From contig JAKFCY010000003.1 in the NCBI GenBank assembly GCA_036676395.1, forward strand, positions 448,001 through 512,000: a stretch of 64,000 bases of DNA, in the 5' to 3' direction. The stretch is from Bdellovibrio sp. (GTDB lineage: Bacteria; Bdellovibrionota; Bdellovibrionia; Bdellovibrionales; Bdellovibrionaceae). This document shows positions 50,253 through 60,047 of the stretch, piece by piece. The notes under the pieces are model-generated. The model was not told where the DNA came from and did not search any database. It saw only the letters and a program-made list of their open reading frames with translations. Within the stretch, counting starts at the first letter, position 1. The number at the start of each line of letters is the position of its first letter. A program made the position numbers and the translations under genes.

Positions 50253-51944
50253 CTATAAATATAATTCTTGGGTTGCAGGTGCAATAACATCTAACAAGTT
50301 ATTAAAAGTACTGGCAACTTGTGACGCTACTGCCGGGCCATCGCTACTATCAACTTTGGCGATATCGCCGTTTGGCTTATAAGATACTTTAATTGATCCT
50401 AAACCAGGACGGGTTACCGTTTGTGGTTTACCGAAGCGTTCTTCGTAATCGATCTTCACAACCTTTTTAGCTTGGTCTGTGATCGATTGAATGCGGCCTT
50501 TTAAATCGTAAGTCATATTGATCTTTTGACCATCGCTATTTTCAGCGTAAGTTAAATTACCTTTGCCATCATATTTAAAAGCTGTATTACGAATAGTTGT
50601 CGCTTTGCCTTTTTCGTTAATGAAACTTGTTTTAACAGTTGAGACACGTTTGATCGTCTGATCATAAGTGTATTCAAGTTTTGCCGAAGAAGTCGTTTTA
50701 GTTTTAGGTAAACCATCAGCAAAGTATTCGAAATCAATACGGTCATTATTGATTTTGATTGTTACTGGTTTGCCGAAAGTGTCATGGTATGTGATATCGC
50801 GGATTGAACCATTTACGTTTGTTAACAAACGCGATAACACCACTTGGCCATTAGGCAATTGTTTGTGCCAAAATTCATAACGGTTAGTCGCTAAAGTTTG
50901 TTTGCCACACACTTTAGTTGCTGTTGACCAATAGTTAAATTTTGGATTTGAAGTCGAAAATTCGTACTTATAGCTTTCATTACATTTATCACGGTCGGTA
51001 AAAGATAAAACCCAGTCTTTTACATTGTCGTACTTGATCGCGATTGATGTCTTATCTGGCCAGTTAGCTTTTGTTAAGTTATGAAACTCATTGTACTCGT
51101 AAGTGTAGACATCAGTTTCTTTTTTCGCCCAGGCATTGCGATTCCAGATTAAATCTTCTTGCTGATTATATTTGTATTCAGTCATCAAGCCATTTGGGCC
51201 AGTGATGCGTTGAACTTTTTTATTCGGAAAATATTTAAAAACTAATTTGCGTGAATTGTTGTCAGAGATTTCTGTTAATAAATCTTTTTGGTATTCAAAT
51301 TTTAAATAGTTTCCGTTTTTGTCATACATATGTGTTAGGCGGCCTTCACCATCGAAACGTTGCATGCTGCCATCTGGAAGAGTGCGCGTGTATACACCCT
51401 TACTTAAAATAACATTTTCAACTTCTTTGGCATTAGCCATGTATTTGGTGCCTTCTTTAACGGGCACGATAATACCGAATTGGCGCGCGTATTGTGAACG
51501 TACTTCAGAATCATCGTAAAGCTGAACTTCGATGTTTTTCCAGTATTCAGATGCGTTCGAACTTAATTTTTTATCAGCACGCATTTTTGTGATGATTTGT
51601 TTGATTGAACTCTCAACGTCTTTTTTAGTTAATTCACGAGCTGAATAAACGATTTCTTGACCATCACCACATTCAGAGATTTTAAGATTACCCTCTGGAG
51701 TTGTTTCTAGTCTTGTTTCAAATTCAGAGCACCAACCGAAACCAAATAATCCAATATAGATAGTACGACTTTTATACGCGCGAAGTACGCGCATATCATA
51801 ACCAGTTCCTGGCACTTCTAAGTCAGTCCAAGTATTTGAATAACCAGCGTTATTCATATCTACTAAAGCATGTGCTTTTTCAGTTAATGTTAACGTTGCA
51901 AAAGTCGCTGCGACTGCAAGAAGAACATTCCATGTCTTCATCAT
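50253..51944 (-). CDS. DUF6531 + YD-repeat (Rhs-like) protein, Bd0109-like
   Basis: Signal peptide; R.Y.S....GLFGFGW DUF6531 motif; YD..G repeats; no DPxG core or toxin tip. Confidence 0.85.
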   Translation of the reverse strand: MMKTWNVLLAVAATFATLTLTEKAHALVDMNNAGYSNTWTDLEVPGTGYDMRVLRAYKSRTIYIGLFGFGWCSEFETRLETTPEGNLKISECGDGQEIVYSARELTKKDVESSIKQIITKMRADKKLSSNASEYWKNIEVQLYDDSEVRSQYARQFGIIVPVKEGTKYMANAKEVENVILSKGVYTRTLPDGSMQRFDGEGRLTHMYDKNGNYLKFEYQKDLLTEISDNNSRKLVFKYFPNKKVQRITGPNGLMTEYKYNQQEDLIWNRNAWAKKETDVYTYEYNEFHNLTKANWPDKTSIAIKYDNVKDWVLSFTDRDKCNESYKYEFSTSNPKFNYWSTATKVCGKQTLATNRYEFWHKQLPNGQVVLSRLLTNVNGSIRDITYHDTFGKPVTIKINNDRIDFEYFADGLPKTKTTSSAKLEYTYDQTIKRVSTVKTSFINEKGKATTIRNTAFKYDGKGNLTYAENSDGQKINMTYDLKGRIQSITDQAKKVVKIDYEERFGKPQTVTRPGLGSIKVSYKPNGDIAKVDSSDGPAVASQVASTFNNLLDVIAPATQELYL

Positions 51945-51985
51945 TAAAAACCTCGTGTGTCTTAATTGGCCTCATTTTTAAGGCG

Positions 51986-52861
51986 CTACACTTTTATTGT
52001 AACAACTTTTTTGATTACTATCCCACCAATAATTTGCAAAGCTAGCATAACAGCCAGCATGATTATGCCCAGAGTGGTCTCAAACATCGGCTTAATAAAT
52101 TCAGGGTCTAGGATAAAGAAAACAAAGCCCATAACAAATGGAATGCACGAAACGATGATTCCCTGCATGATACCTTGGGCTGTCATTGCAGAAATTTTCT
52201 TTTCTAATTTTTGGCGTTCACGAATTGTTGAGACTATGGTCTGGAAAGTTTCAGCCATGTTGCCGCCAGTTTCTTTTAAAATCACTACGGCAGTTACAAA
52301 CATCTGAACGTCGGGGCGTGGAATACGTTCGGCTAAGTCGGTTAAAGCTTCTTCGTAACTTTGACCGAATTGAGTTTGCGTTAATACCTGGTTAAATTCT
52401 GCTTTAACGGGATTAGCCATAATTTCTACAACGCGCGCCATAGTTTGTTGCGGATTCGATCCTGATTTTACCCCATTGGCCATAATAGTTAAGGCATCGA
52501 CCATTTGCCCGACAAAGGCATTGCAACGACGTTCGTAAAGATTTTTATAAACTAAAGGTAATACTTGAAAGCCTGCGATGCCCATTGAGGCACCAAAGAA
52601 AAATCCAAGCGTGGCATTTGGCCAAACTAAAGCAAAAAACAATAAACCAACGCCTAAACTTGAAATCAGTTGCAGTCGAATCACTTTTTTTTCATCGACA
52701 TCCATACCAAGCATTTTCATGTGCATCATGATTTCAGATTTTTTGGCAGCTCCACTGCGGCCAATGCGGCCAAACAGCGTATCGGCGTACATATACACAG
52801 CAAAAAATACAGAAATTCCAAACAATGGAAAGACTAGCCATTCATGTCTAAAAATATCCAT
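51986..52861 (-). CDS. tadB: Tad pilus inner-membrane protein TadB (T2SSF family)
   Basis: DAL..MA..V.SG, ETGGNMAE, IRER....K....TAQG. Confidence 0.93.
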   Translation of the reverse strand: MDIFRHEWLVFPLFGISVFFAVYMYADTLFGRIGRSGAAKKSEIMMHMKMLGMDVDEKKVIRLQLISSLGVGLLFFALVWPNATLGFFFGASMGIAGFQVLPLVYKNLYERRCNAFVGQMVDALTIMANGVKSGSNPQQTMARVVEIMANPVKAEFNQVLTQTQFGQSYEEALTDLAERIPRPDVQMFVTAVVILKETGGNMAETFQTIVSTIRERQKLEKKISAMTAQGIMQGIIVSCIPFVMGFVFFILDPEFIKPMFETTLGIIMLAVMLALQIIGGIVIKKVVTIKV

Positions 52862-52873
52862 ACGCTATCCTCA

Positions 52874-55087
52874 CTATCCCGCTTTTTTAGGCGGTGTAGT
52901 TGTTGTTGTACCTGGAGTTGCAGGTTTAGCTGCGGTAGCTGCAGGTTGAACCGGAGTTGCAGGTTTTACTTCATTCGAAAAGATTTCCATCGGGATGTTT
53001 CCACCCTTGTCTTTAATTTCTTGAACAAATGATGGAACCGTACCAGTTGCCTGGAACTGACCAATGATTTTTCTATTTTTATCGTAGCCGGTTTCTTTGT
53101 ATCTAAAAATTTCAGCTAAGGTAACAACATCACCTTGCATACCAACCACTTCGGTAATGCTGATGATTTTACGTGTACCATCAGACATACGCACGATCTG
53201 AATAATTAAATCTACGGCACCGGCGATTTGTTCGCGAATGGCCCGCATTGGTAAATCTAATCCAGACATCATCACTAGTGTTTCTAAACGAGCAATACAT
53301 TCACGTGGTGAATTGGCATGTGTCGTTGTCATTGAACCATCATGACCTGTATTCATCGCCTGTAACATATCTAAAGCAGCGCCATCGCGCGTTTCTCCGA
53401 CCACGATACGGTCAGGACGCATACGTAAGGCATTCTTAATTAAATCACGAATAGTAACTGCGTTGGTGCCTTCCATTGAAGGCGGGCGCGTTTCTAAGCG
53501 CACAACGTGCTCCTGCATAAGTTGTAATTCGGCAGCATCTTCCACCGTGATTACGCGTTCATGCACTGGAATCCAAGAAGAAATCATATTTAATAACGAT
53601 GTTTTACCTGAACCGGTACCGCCGCTGATAACAACGTTGTAACCATATTCAACCGAAATACGCATGAACTCGAGCATGTTTTTAGTAGCACTGCCGTATT
53701 CAATGTATTTTTCTGGATTGATTCCGCCTTTTTTAAATTTACGAATTGTTAATGCCGGGCCATCTAATGATAAAGGTTCAATTACTGCATTCACACGTGA
53801 TCCATCTTTAAGACGGGCATCCACATATGGAGTTGCATTATTAATCTGACGACCTAGGGGTGTAACAATACGCTCGATGATACGGCGTAAATGATCATTT
53901 GAAGTAAATTTAATTCCGCTGAGCTGCACTTTGCCAGATTTTTCAATAAAGATACGGTTCGCGCCATTCACCATAATCTCAGAGATTGATGGATCAGCTA
54001 ACATATCTTCTAGCGGGCCAAGCCCTAAAGCTTCTTCTAAAACTTCTTTAGTTAATTTTTGACGATCTTCCCGAGATAAATCCGGCGCTTCTTTATCTAC
54101 GATTCCAGAAATATCACGTTGAGTTTTAGTGCGTAATTCTTTTTCTTTGCTTTCGCCTTCATTGGCTTCAGCTAAGATTTTTTTTAAATCGATAGTGCGG
54201 ATCAGTTCAGAATGCACACGCAATTTTGTAACAATCCAGGGATCCATGCCTTTGGCAACAAGTTCGCCACCGCCACCAGCTGCAGAAGCCGCCGAAGGGG
54301 CAACCGAAGGTTTCGGCTTTTGCATGCTTTTAAGACGCTGTAAAGTTCCGCCAGATAGTTTTCTGACGAAATCAAAATACGCCGAAGAAATTGGAGATTT
54401 TGGATTTACGACAACGAATGGTTTTGATTGTGAAATCGAACTCATCGTCGTAGCTTCATCAGAAGGAATCATCGCCATCGGTGACAGCCCTAAATGTTGG
54501 GCGATCATTGCCGGCTGTAGGCCATTAGGCCCAACCTTATTTATAACTAATTGAAACATTTCACGCGGAATTGATTGCGTCATTAATTCATTGATCATTC
54601 TTTGTGTTTGCTGCACCACTAGAATCTCGGGTGTCGCAATGATAGCAACAGCCGTAGCATCTGCTAAAATAGTATTTTGCATTGGCCCTAATTCATTACC
54701 GCAATCGACTACGATAAATTTAAAACTGCGCGAAAAAAATTCGATAAGCTTTGATAAGTTTTCTGGATTAACACTTAAAATTTCTTCTGGTCCACGTACA
54801 GCACCTAAATATGAAAAACCTGCTGGATGTTGAGTCACGATCTGTTGAATTGGAGTAGAATTCAAAGACGCCGTCGAGGTCGCTAGTTCGCGTAATGTTT
54901 TAAGAGGTTTAAGACCTGTAATGATATTTTGATCGCCAACACTTTTGGTGTCGCAATCAATTAAAAGAACCGGAGTTCTTAGCTCGGCAGTGATGGCTGC
55001 GGTTAAATTGGCAGCGAATACGGATTTACCGACGCCACCTTTACCGCCGACCACAGCGATTAATGCACAGTTTGAATTTATGGCCAC
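52874..55087 (-). CDS. tadA: Fused TadZ/CpaE (MinD-like) - TadA/CpaF assembly ATPase
   Basis: N-terminal GKGGVGKS deviant Walker A; C-terminal GLGPLE, DARL.DGSRVN, GGTGSGKT, LRMRPDRI, MNTGHDG. Confidence 0.93.
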   Translation of the reverse strand: MAINSNCALIAVVGGKGGVGKSVFAANLTAAITAELRTPVLLIDCDTKSVGDQNIITGLKPLKTLRELATSTASLNSTPIQQIVTQHPAGFSYLGAVRGPEEILSVNPENLSKLIEFFSRSFKFIVVDCGNELGPMQNTILADATAVAIIATPEILVVQQTQRMINELMTQSIPREMFQLVINKVGPNGLQPAMIAQHLGLSPMAMIPSDEATTMSSISQSKPFVVVNPKSPISSAYFDFVRKLSGGTLQRLKSMQKPKPSVAPSAASAAGGGGELVAKGMDPWIVTKLRVHSELIRTIDLKKILAEANEGESKEKELRTKTQRDISGIVDKEAPDLSREDRQKLTKEVLEEALGLGPLEDMLADPSISEIMVNGANRIFIEKSGKVQLSGIKFTSNDHLRRIIERIVTPLGRQINNATPYVDARLKDGSRVNAVIEPLSLDGPALTIRKFKKGGINPEKYIEYGSATKNMLEFMRISVEYGYNVVISGGTGSGKTSLLNMISSWIPVHERVITVEDAAELQLMQEHVVRLETRPPSMEGTNAVTIRDLIKNALRMRPDRIVVGETRDGAALDMLQAMNTGHDGSMTTTHANSPRECIARLETLVMMSGLDLPMRAIREQIAGAVDLIIQIVRMSDGTRKIISITEVVGMQGDVVTLAEIFRYKETGYDKNRKIIGQFQATGTVPSFVQEIKDKGGNIPMEIFSNEVKPATPVQPAATAAKPATPGTTTTTPPKKAG

Positions 55088-55123
55088 AAATACTCCTTTG
55101 GGCTACCGCCGCCGAGGGCATAA

Positions 55124-56722
55124 CTAATCTTTGAATCTAAATTTTTTCTTCACTTGTTCAACGCCGGCACTTGCTGAAGATTTAATAATTGGCGTTACGA
55201 ACAAGACATAATTATTGGTACTTTTTGTATAACTTTTTCCGTGATTTAAAGTCACGATCGCACCGGCACCCGTTGGGCCCCCGAACTGATTTTCACTTTT
55301 CTTTGAAATGATTCCGGCAATCGCCGCACTTTGACGGCTGCGCACTGAAACTTGTGTGGCTACCGTAGTTTTTGGACCCATTGATAAACCGGTACCATTG
55401 GTAACAACTGTAATTCCTGTTTGAACTAATTCAGAACGTTCCGACATAATTGTTGGCGAAGCCAAAGTTAGCGTCAGCTCAAATACTTGCTGAGAAGCAG
55501 TAGCTGGTTGGCCAACTTGTGTTGCTCCGTTATTAAGACCAAACGTACGTGTTAAACTAGCCGACTGGTTTTTATCTTGTGTCAATAAAGACGCGGTATC
55601 TAATAAGCGCACATAGCCATGAGTTCTTGCCCAGTTTAATTTCGGTAGCAAATTATCTACGATCGAAGCTAATTCACTGATGCTGCCGGGAGCATTGGCT
55701 TGGCCTTGCGTTTGTGATTCGCCTAAACCACGCAGTGACGGAGAAAAAGTGAAATTGAAATTTCTTAAATAACGTTCGGCATATTCAACTACGTGAATTA
55801 CCACTTGGATCATTTTTGGCGGTGGCGTAACTTTATCTTCGGCTTTACGTACTTGGATTAAGTTGATGACGTACGCGCCAATATCAGTTTGCGGTTTACG
55901 ATCAACGATTTTTACACTGGTTGCTAATGTGGCTTCAAAGCCTGTATCTTGCACGATGTCTGGCAAATACAGTAAGACCACATCGTTGATACGATTTTTT
56001 TCTTCGATCGAATTTACGAAACCCTCAAGCCTGATAAAATCACCAATCGAAGTGACTGTGATTTCGGGGTTATTAATATCACGAGCAATATATTCTACAA
56101 TTTTTTTCTTAGCGAGTGGGCTTAAGCCGACAAGACTTACCACGACTCCGCCGAACTGGGTAATAACCTGACCTATACGTTTTAAATCTTTAGGCAATAA
56201 AACAAAACCATCTAAAATAATTTTTCCGTTTACTATTTTATATTCAATGCCTTCGATATCATTTAGAAGAGCTTGGGTTTCGCGTAACATTTTTTCAATC
56301 GTTTGATCACGAATATCAATACGTAACTCAACTAAAATTTGTCCGGTTTTTTTATTGTGAATAGTGACAATCCCATTACCAATTCTTTGTGGTAGAATCC
56401 TGAAAGTGTCAGTGTTTTTAATACGTTGCAAATCAATAAGTTCAACGCCACCACCTTTATAAGTGAGTGGAATTTCAGGAATTGAAATTTCTTCGTCGTG
56501 TTTCATGCCGGCGATCAAATTTAAATGTCTGCGAATTCTTTTTTTGTTGGGTTCTGCTGATAAGATTTTAACTGTAGTGCCGCCGCCTTCTTCAACCTCT
56601 TCGTAAACAGGTTTATCTGCGGCTGCAGCAAGCGTATTGAGTGCAGAACTAGATTGTGCATACGCAAATTGAAATGCGAAATATAAAATAAAAAATAAAC
56701 GTATCCGTACGCTTTTTAGCAT
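55124..56722 (-). CDS. rcpA: RcpA/CpaC-like Tad secretin with BON-like domains
   Basis: Position in the tad locus; BON-like segments; C-terminal secretin-like MIQV.IHVVE ... AIAGII ... LFVTP.I; start set at MLKSV. Confidence 0.75.
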   Translation of the reverse strand: MLKSVRIRLFFILYFAFQFAYAQSSSALNTLAAAADKPVYEEVEEGGGTTVKILSAEPNKKRIRRHLNLIAGMKHDEEISIPEIPLTYKGGGVELIDLQRIKNTDTFRILPQRIGNGIVTIHNKKTGQILVELRIDIRDQTIEKMLRETQALLNDIEGIEYKIVNGKIILDGFVLLPKDLKRIGQVITQFGGVVVSLVGLSPLAKKKIVEYIARDINNPEITVTSIGDFIRLEGFVNSIEEKNRINDVVLLYLPDIVQDTGFEATLATSVKIVDRKPQTDIGAYVINLIQVRKAEDKVTPPPKMIQVVIHVVEYAERYLRNFNFTFSPSLRGLGESQTQGQANAPGSISELASIVDNLLPKLNWARTHGYVRLLDTASLLTQDKNQSASLTRTFGLNNGATQVGQPATASQQVFELTLTLASPTIMSERSELVQTGITVVTNGTGLSMGPKTTVATQVSVRSRQSAAIAGIISKKSENQFGGPTGAGAIVTLNHGKSYTKSTNNYVLFVTPIIKSSASAGVEQVKKKFRFKD

Positions 56723-56726
56723 GCCC

Positions 56727-57596
56727 CTACTTGCCCGGAGAAAAACCCCCAGCTCCATTATTTAAGTTTGGCTGAATTGGCTGAGAAAAGCCACTGGACT
56801 GTCCCATTGTCTGGTTGATCGCTTTTTGCTGAATACTTTCGGCCGTTGAAGACGGAAGTCGAGGTACTGCTTTGCGATCATGAGGGTTTCTAAGTAAGAA
56901 AAATAAACTACTCGGATTCGTTGAAACCAAAAACACTAAGTCTTGAGCATCACTGGAATTTACTTCGATAGTTACGTTTCCGTATTTTGTATCGCCAGTC
57001 AGGGTCGTTTGAATTAGACCTCGACCTGCCGGATCTTTTTCAATTGTACGCGGGATGGTGTTATTTAAATTCACACCGGTCGCCAAAATAATAATATCTT
57101 GCATAAGTAATACGACCTCACGCTTTTGCGCAGCCCCTTTGCCGGTATCAACCACAGCGTAAATATCTACGCGGTCACCAGGGCGGATTAAGCCACCATT
57201 AGCACGTGTTGGATCTACAGGGATAGTTACTGCACGTTTATTTGGTGATACTTGAATGGCCATGCCAGTATCTGGGCCTGGCTCTAAAACTTTATTTTTA
57301 GTTAAGGTTTGACCTTTTTTAATCGGAATCGCCGCGACTGTACCAACAACATCAGGAATATCGCTGAACGAATCTGGCTCTACATCACTTTTATATTTTT
57401 CTACGACTTCTAAAACGTTGTCATAGATAGTGTCAAGATCACGAATGTCTTCTTTAGCAACAACGACACGAGTCTTTGCGCCAAGCTGTTTATCTACTTC
57501 TGCTTTTTTTTCTTGAGAGTAAGTATAGAGCATAAAGGTCGCAAAAATTCCTGCTCCTAGAGATATCCATAAATTTTTTGACTCATTTGGTCCCAT
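56727..57596 (-). CDS. cpaB: Flp pilus assembly protein CpaB/RcpC
   Basis: SAF domain VVVAK.DI; RAVTIPV...GLIRPGDRVD; LLRNP.D. Confidence 0.92.
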   Translation of the reverse strand: MGPNESKNLWISLGAGIFATFMLYTYSQEKKAEVDKQLGAKTRVVVAKEDIRDLDTIYDNVLEVVEKYKSDVEPDSFSDIPDVVGTVAAIPIKKGQTLTKNKVLEPGPDTGMAIQVSPNKRAVTIPVDPTRANGGLIRPGDRVDIYAVVDTGKGAAQKREVVLLMQDIIILATGVNLNNTIPRTIEKDPAGRGLIQTTLTGDTKYGNVTIEVNSSDAQDLVFLVSTNPSSLFFLLRNPHDRKAVPRLPSSTAESIQQKAINQTMGQSSGFSQPIQPNLNNGAGGFSPGK

Positions 57597-57607
57597 AATT
57601 CTCCCGC

Positions 57608-58138
57608 CTACTTACTACATTCGGCATTTAAACAGATTCCATAAACGGTCTTGACCCATATTTCTGCTGTTGTAGGCGTATCTCTGGACGTAGGTACGAA
57701 TAGAGAACCGGCACTCCAGACACCATCACTGTCTTTATCAACAAATTTATGGCTGGATTCTGCAATATTAATATTTGCAGTGAAAGTTACTGGACGAACA
57801 GTTGCTGGCCAAATGTCGCGTTGTTCAGTAGGCACATTACCATCTTGAATTGTGCCGTGCACACGATTCTGAGCTTTTAGATAATTAATTTTATATTCTG
57901 CTCCGGGGCGAAAATACATTAAGTTAGAGCGAAAACGAAAAGTTTCCATTGTGTAATTGTACGAGGCGATTGAGTTTAAAATGCCTGAGTGAACGGCTCC
58001 GAAAAATCCCAGTGAAAAATTAAATAAAATTACAATCGTAAATAGAACCGGAATAGACTCGATCAGGGCCATGCCACGTTCAGTTTTTTTAAAGGTGCGC
58101 GGTCGGCTGAGACGTTTGTTTTTCATCTTAGCACCCAT
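57608..58138 (-). CDS. TadE-like pseudopilin
   Basis: Class III signal RG/MALIE followed by a hydrophobic helix. Confidence 0.75.
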   Translation of the reverse strand: MGAKMKNKRLSRPRTFKKTERGMALIESIPVLFTIVILFNFSLGFFGAVHSGILNSIASYNYTMETFRFRSNLMYFRPGAEYKINYLKAQNRVHGTIQDGNVPTEQRDIWPATVRPVTFTANINIAESSHKFVDKDSDGVWSAGSLFVPTSRDTPTTAEIWVKTVYGICLNAECSK

Positions 58139-58823
58139 TGTCTTCTATAGGTGCGTAAGCCGTGTCAGCGCTGCCTGATAGTGATTTCCAGGGAGTAGAT
58201 TGCACTCCAGAATTTTCTTGAGGCAAAATTTTTACACCTTGAGTAAATTTATTTTTAAAAAAATTAGTGCATTCTACCGTAGACGGGTGACGAAATAAAA
58301 TTCCGCGTATTGGAAATTTAAATTCGTCAGGTGTGTCAGTAATTTTTCCTAAAAATGGAATATTCAATCCACTCAGTAGTTTTAGTTCTATAGTTGATTC
58401 AACACCGATCCATGGATGACGAACTTCTCCGCCTGGTTCAGCTGCATTTGCTGCATCAATTGCGCTATCCTTTTTTTTAATGCTGTCAGCAATATCACCT
58501 ATGACCAGGTCGCCTTTGTCTGCGACGGTTGGCATTTTAAACCAAGGTGAGTCTGATCCATTTCCTGTTAATAATGGAAATGCAGCTGTTAAATTCTCAT
58601 ATTTAGTTTCGCCAGCTTTTATGGCTGAGTCGGGATCGATGTTTCCCACTGCGTGAGCGCGGGCTGTAGACCAAACGATATATTGCGCGATTTCTACAGT
58701 AGTTAAGGCAAATGTTAAGGCAAAAATTAATATGCCCGAGCCAATCACCATAGTGAACGCAAATAAAAATTCTGCGGTCATAAAACCAGATTGGTTATGA
58801 ATAAGCCTGTTACTTTTTTTCAC
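58128..58823 (-). CDS. TadE/TadG-like pseudopilin
   Basis: NQSG/FMTAEF class III signal; AR motif after the helix. Confidence 0.75.
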   Translation of the reverse strand: MKKSNRLIHNQSGFMTAEFLFAFTMVIGSGILIFALTFALTTVEIAQYIVWSTARAHAVGNIDPDSAIKAGETKYENLTAAFPLLTGNGSDSPWFKMPTVADKGDLVIGDIADSIKKKDSAIDAANAAEPGGEVRHPWIGVESTIELKLLSGLNIPFLGKITDTPDEFKFPIRGILFRHPSTVECTNFFKNKFTQGVKILPQENSGVQSTPWKSLSGSADTAYAPIEDNGC

Positions 58824-59140
58824 AGTCTACTCGGATCTGAACTTAAAGCCCGGCTAATTGAATTTGGATGACATTGCGATAGATTTTGTTTTTTCTTATT
58901 AGCGCCCAAACCTTCGCAGGCTTCGCGAAAAGTTCCAAAACCGGTCATGTTGCGCATGCTTTTTACAGGACCTGTAAAAAGTTTTGAAATCATTTTTTTT
59001 TCTTTGATGACTCCGGTGACAAACATAAATACTCCGACCAGCAGAGCAGTAAGAAGAACGGCTTCAATAGCAAATTGCCCACGCTGATTGCGCGGAGCTG
59101 CTAAGAGTTTAGTCTTTCTTTTCCCACGGCACGCGTTCAC
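58820..59140 (-). CDS. Minor pilin / pseudopilin
   Basis: NQRG/QFAIE; GTG start at 59140 preceded by GGAGG. Confidence 0.75.
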   Translation of the reverse strand: MNACRGKRKTKLLAAPRNQRGQFAIEAVLLTALLVGVFMFVTGVIKEKKMISKLFTGPVKSMRNMTGFGTFREACEGLGANKKKQNLSQCHPNSISRALSSDPSRL

Positions 59141-59315
59141 TGTCGCCTCCGGTGTTAGGATAAGGTTTGAAGCCACTACCTGTCGCTAGCTGCGTTTCTA
59201 CACGCGCTCCTAATTTAACGCTTCCTTTGTTGAAGCCATCTTTAGGCGCTTTTAACAAAGCGGGCATCAAAACGAGCCCGGCCAGTGCTAAAAGTACGAC
59301 ATACTCAATTGTCAT
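59109..59315 (-). CDS. Flp-like pilin lacking a leader peptide
   Basis: MTIEYVVLLALA Flp motif, with an in-frame stop two codons upstream of the ATG. Confidence 0.65.
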   Translation of the reverse strand: MTIEYVVLLALAGLVLMPALLKAPKDGFNKGSVKLGARVETQLATGSGFKPYPNTGGDSERVPWEKKD

Positions 59316-59322
59316 AAGTTAA

Positions 59323-59523
59323 TTACTCAACTGATTTTTGAACAGATGTATCGATGCTTGAACCAAGTCTTTCAGTCGTTTCAGTTAACTTAGTTTTAAT
59401 TTTACCACCAAACATCATTACTAAACCAACTACAACGGCAACTAATAAGATGTACTCAGTAGCACCTTGACCACGGTTATTTTTTAAAGATTTTCTTGCG
59501 AATTTTCTTAATGAAGTTAGCAT
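59323..59523 (-). CDS. flp: Flp family major pilin
   Basis: Basic leader, RG/QGATEYILL; AAGGAG RBS. Confidence 0.92.
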   Translation of the reverse strand: MLTSLRKFARKSLKNNRGQGATEYILLVAVVVGLVMMFGGKIKTKLTETTERLGSSIDTSVQKSVE

Positions 59524-59555
59524 ATTTTGCTCCTTAGTTACGTTTTACAATGGTT

Positions 59556-59582
59556 TTATCGACTTAATTTAAGAAAAACTTA
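59556..59582 (-). promoter_or_regulatory. sigma28 (FliA) promoter of the flp/tad operon
   Basis: TAAG-N15-GTCGATAA versus consensus TAAA-N15-GCCGATAA. Confidence 0.7.
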
Positions 59583-59855
59583 ACTGGAATAAAGGCTTAT
59601 TTCCTCTCAAAAAGCGAGTAACCGTTGTCCTCCATAATAAATGTCCAATTATGAGACGTCAGAAGGGCTGTCGCCAAAGATTCGGCTTGTGCACTCAGCA
59701 CGTAATCGATTTGGTGTTGGTTTAAGAAGCTTGGGCATCAATAAAAATTTGATTAGGTTGGCTGTAAATTAAAAACGAGCCTAACAGCCAACTATTAAGT
59801 ACGAGCTTCACTGATGCCAAACACGAGTGGCAGTCAATTATTTTTATGTAAAAGC

Positions 59856-59864
59856 TGTGGATAA
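59856..59864 (-). promoter_or_regulatory. Perfect DnaA box
   Basis: TTATCCACA on the minus strand, intergenic. Confidence 0.5.
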
Positions 59865-60047
59865 TGTACTAACCTAACACGATGTAAAAAGAAAATGAAT
59901 TAGATAGAAAAGTTAGTGTTTAACATTCATTCAAGCATAATAATTTTTTTTAATTTAAACACTAAAATAACTACCCAGACCTTGGCCCAGAATACAGAAT
60001 AGCTCTTACTATGACCTAACATCAGCTTTAACATTGATAAATTAACG

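Noticed and set aside
50253..51944. Rhs polymorphic toxin / immunity pair
   Set aside because: No RHS core or DPxG motif and no toxin tip; it has a Sec signal, and the downstream gene fits Bd0108 rather than an immunity protein.
59820..60047. Replication origin
   Set aside because: Only one DnaA box, and no dnaA/dnaN/gidA context in the window.
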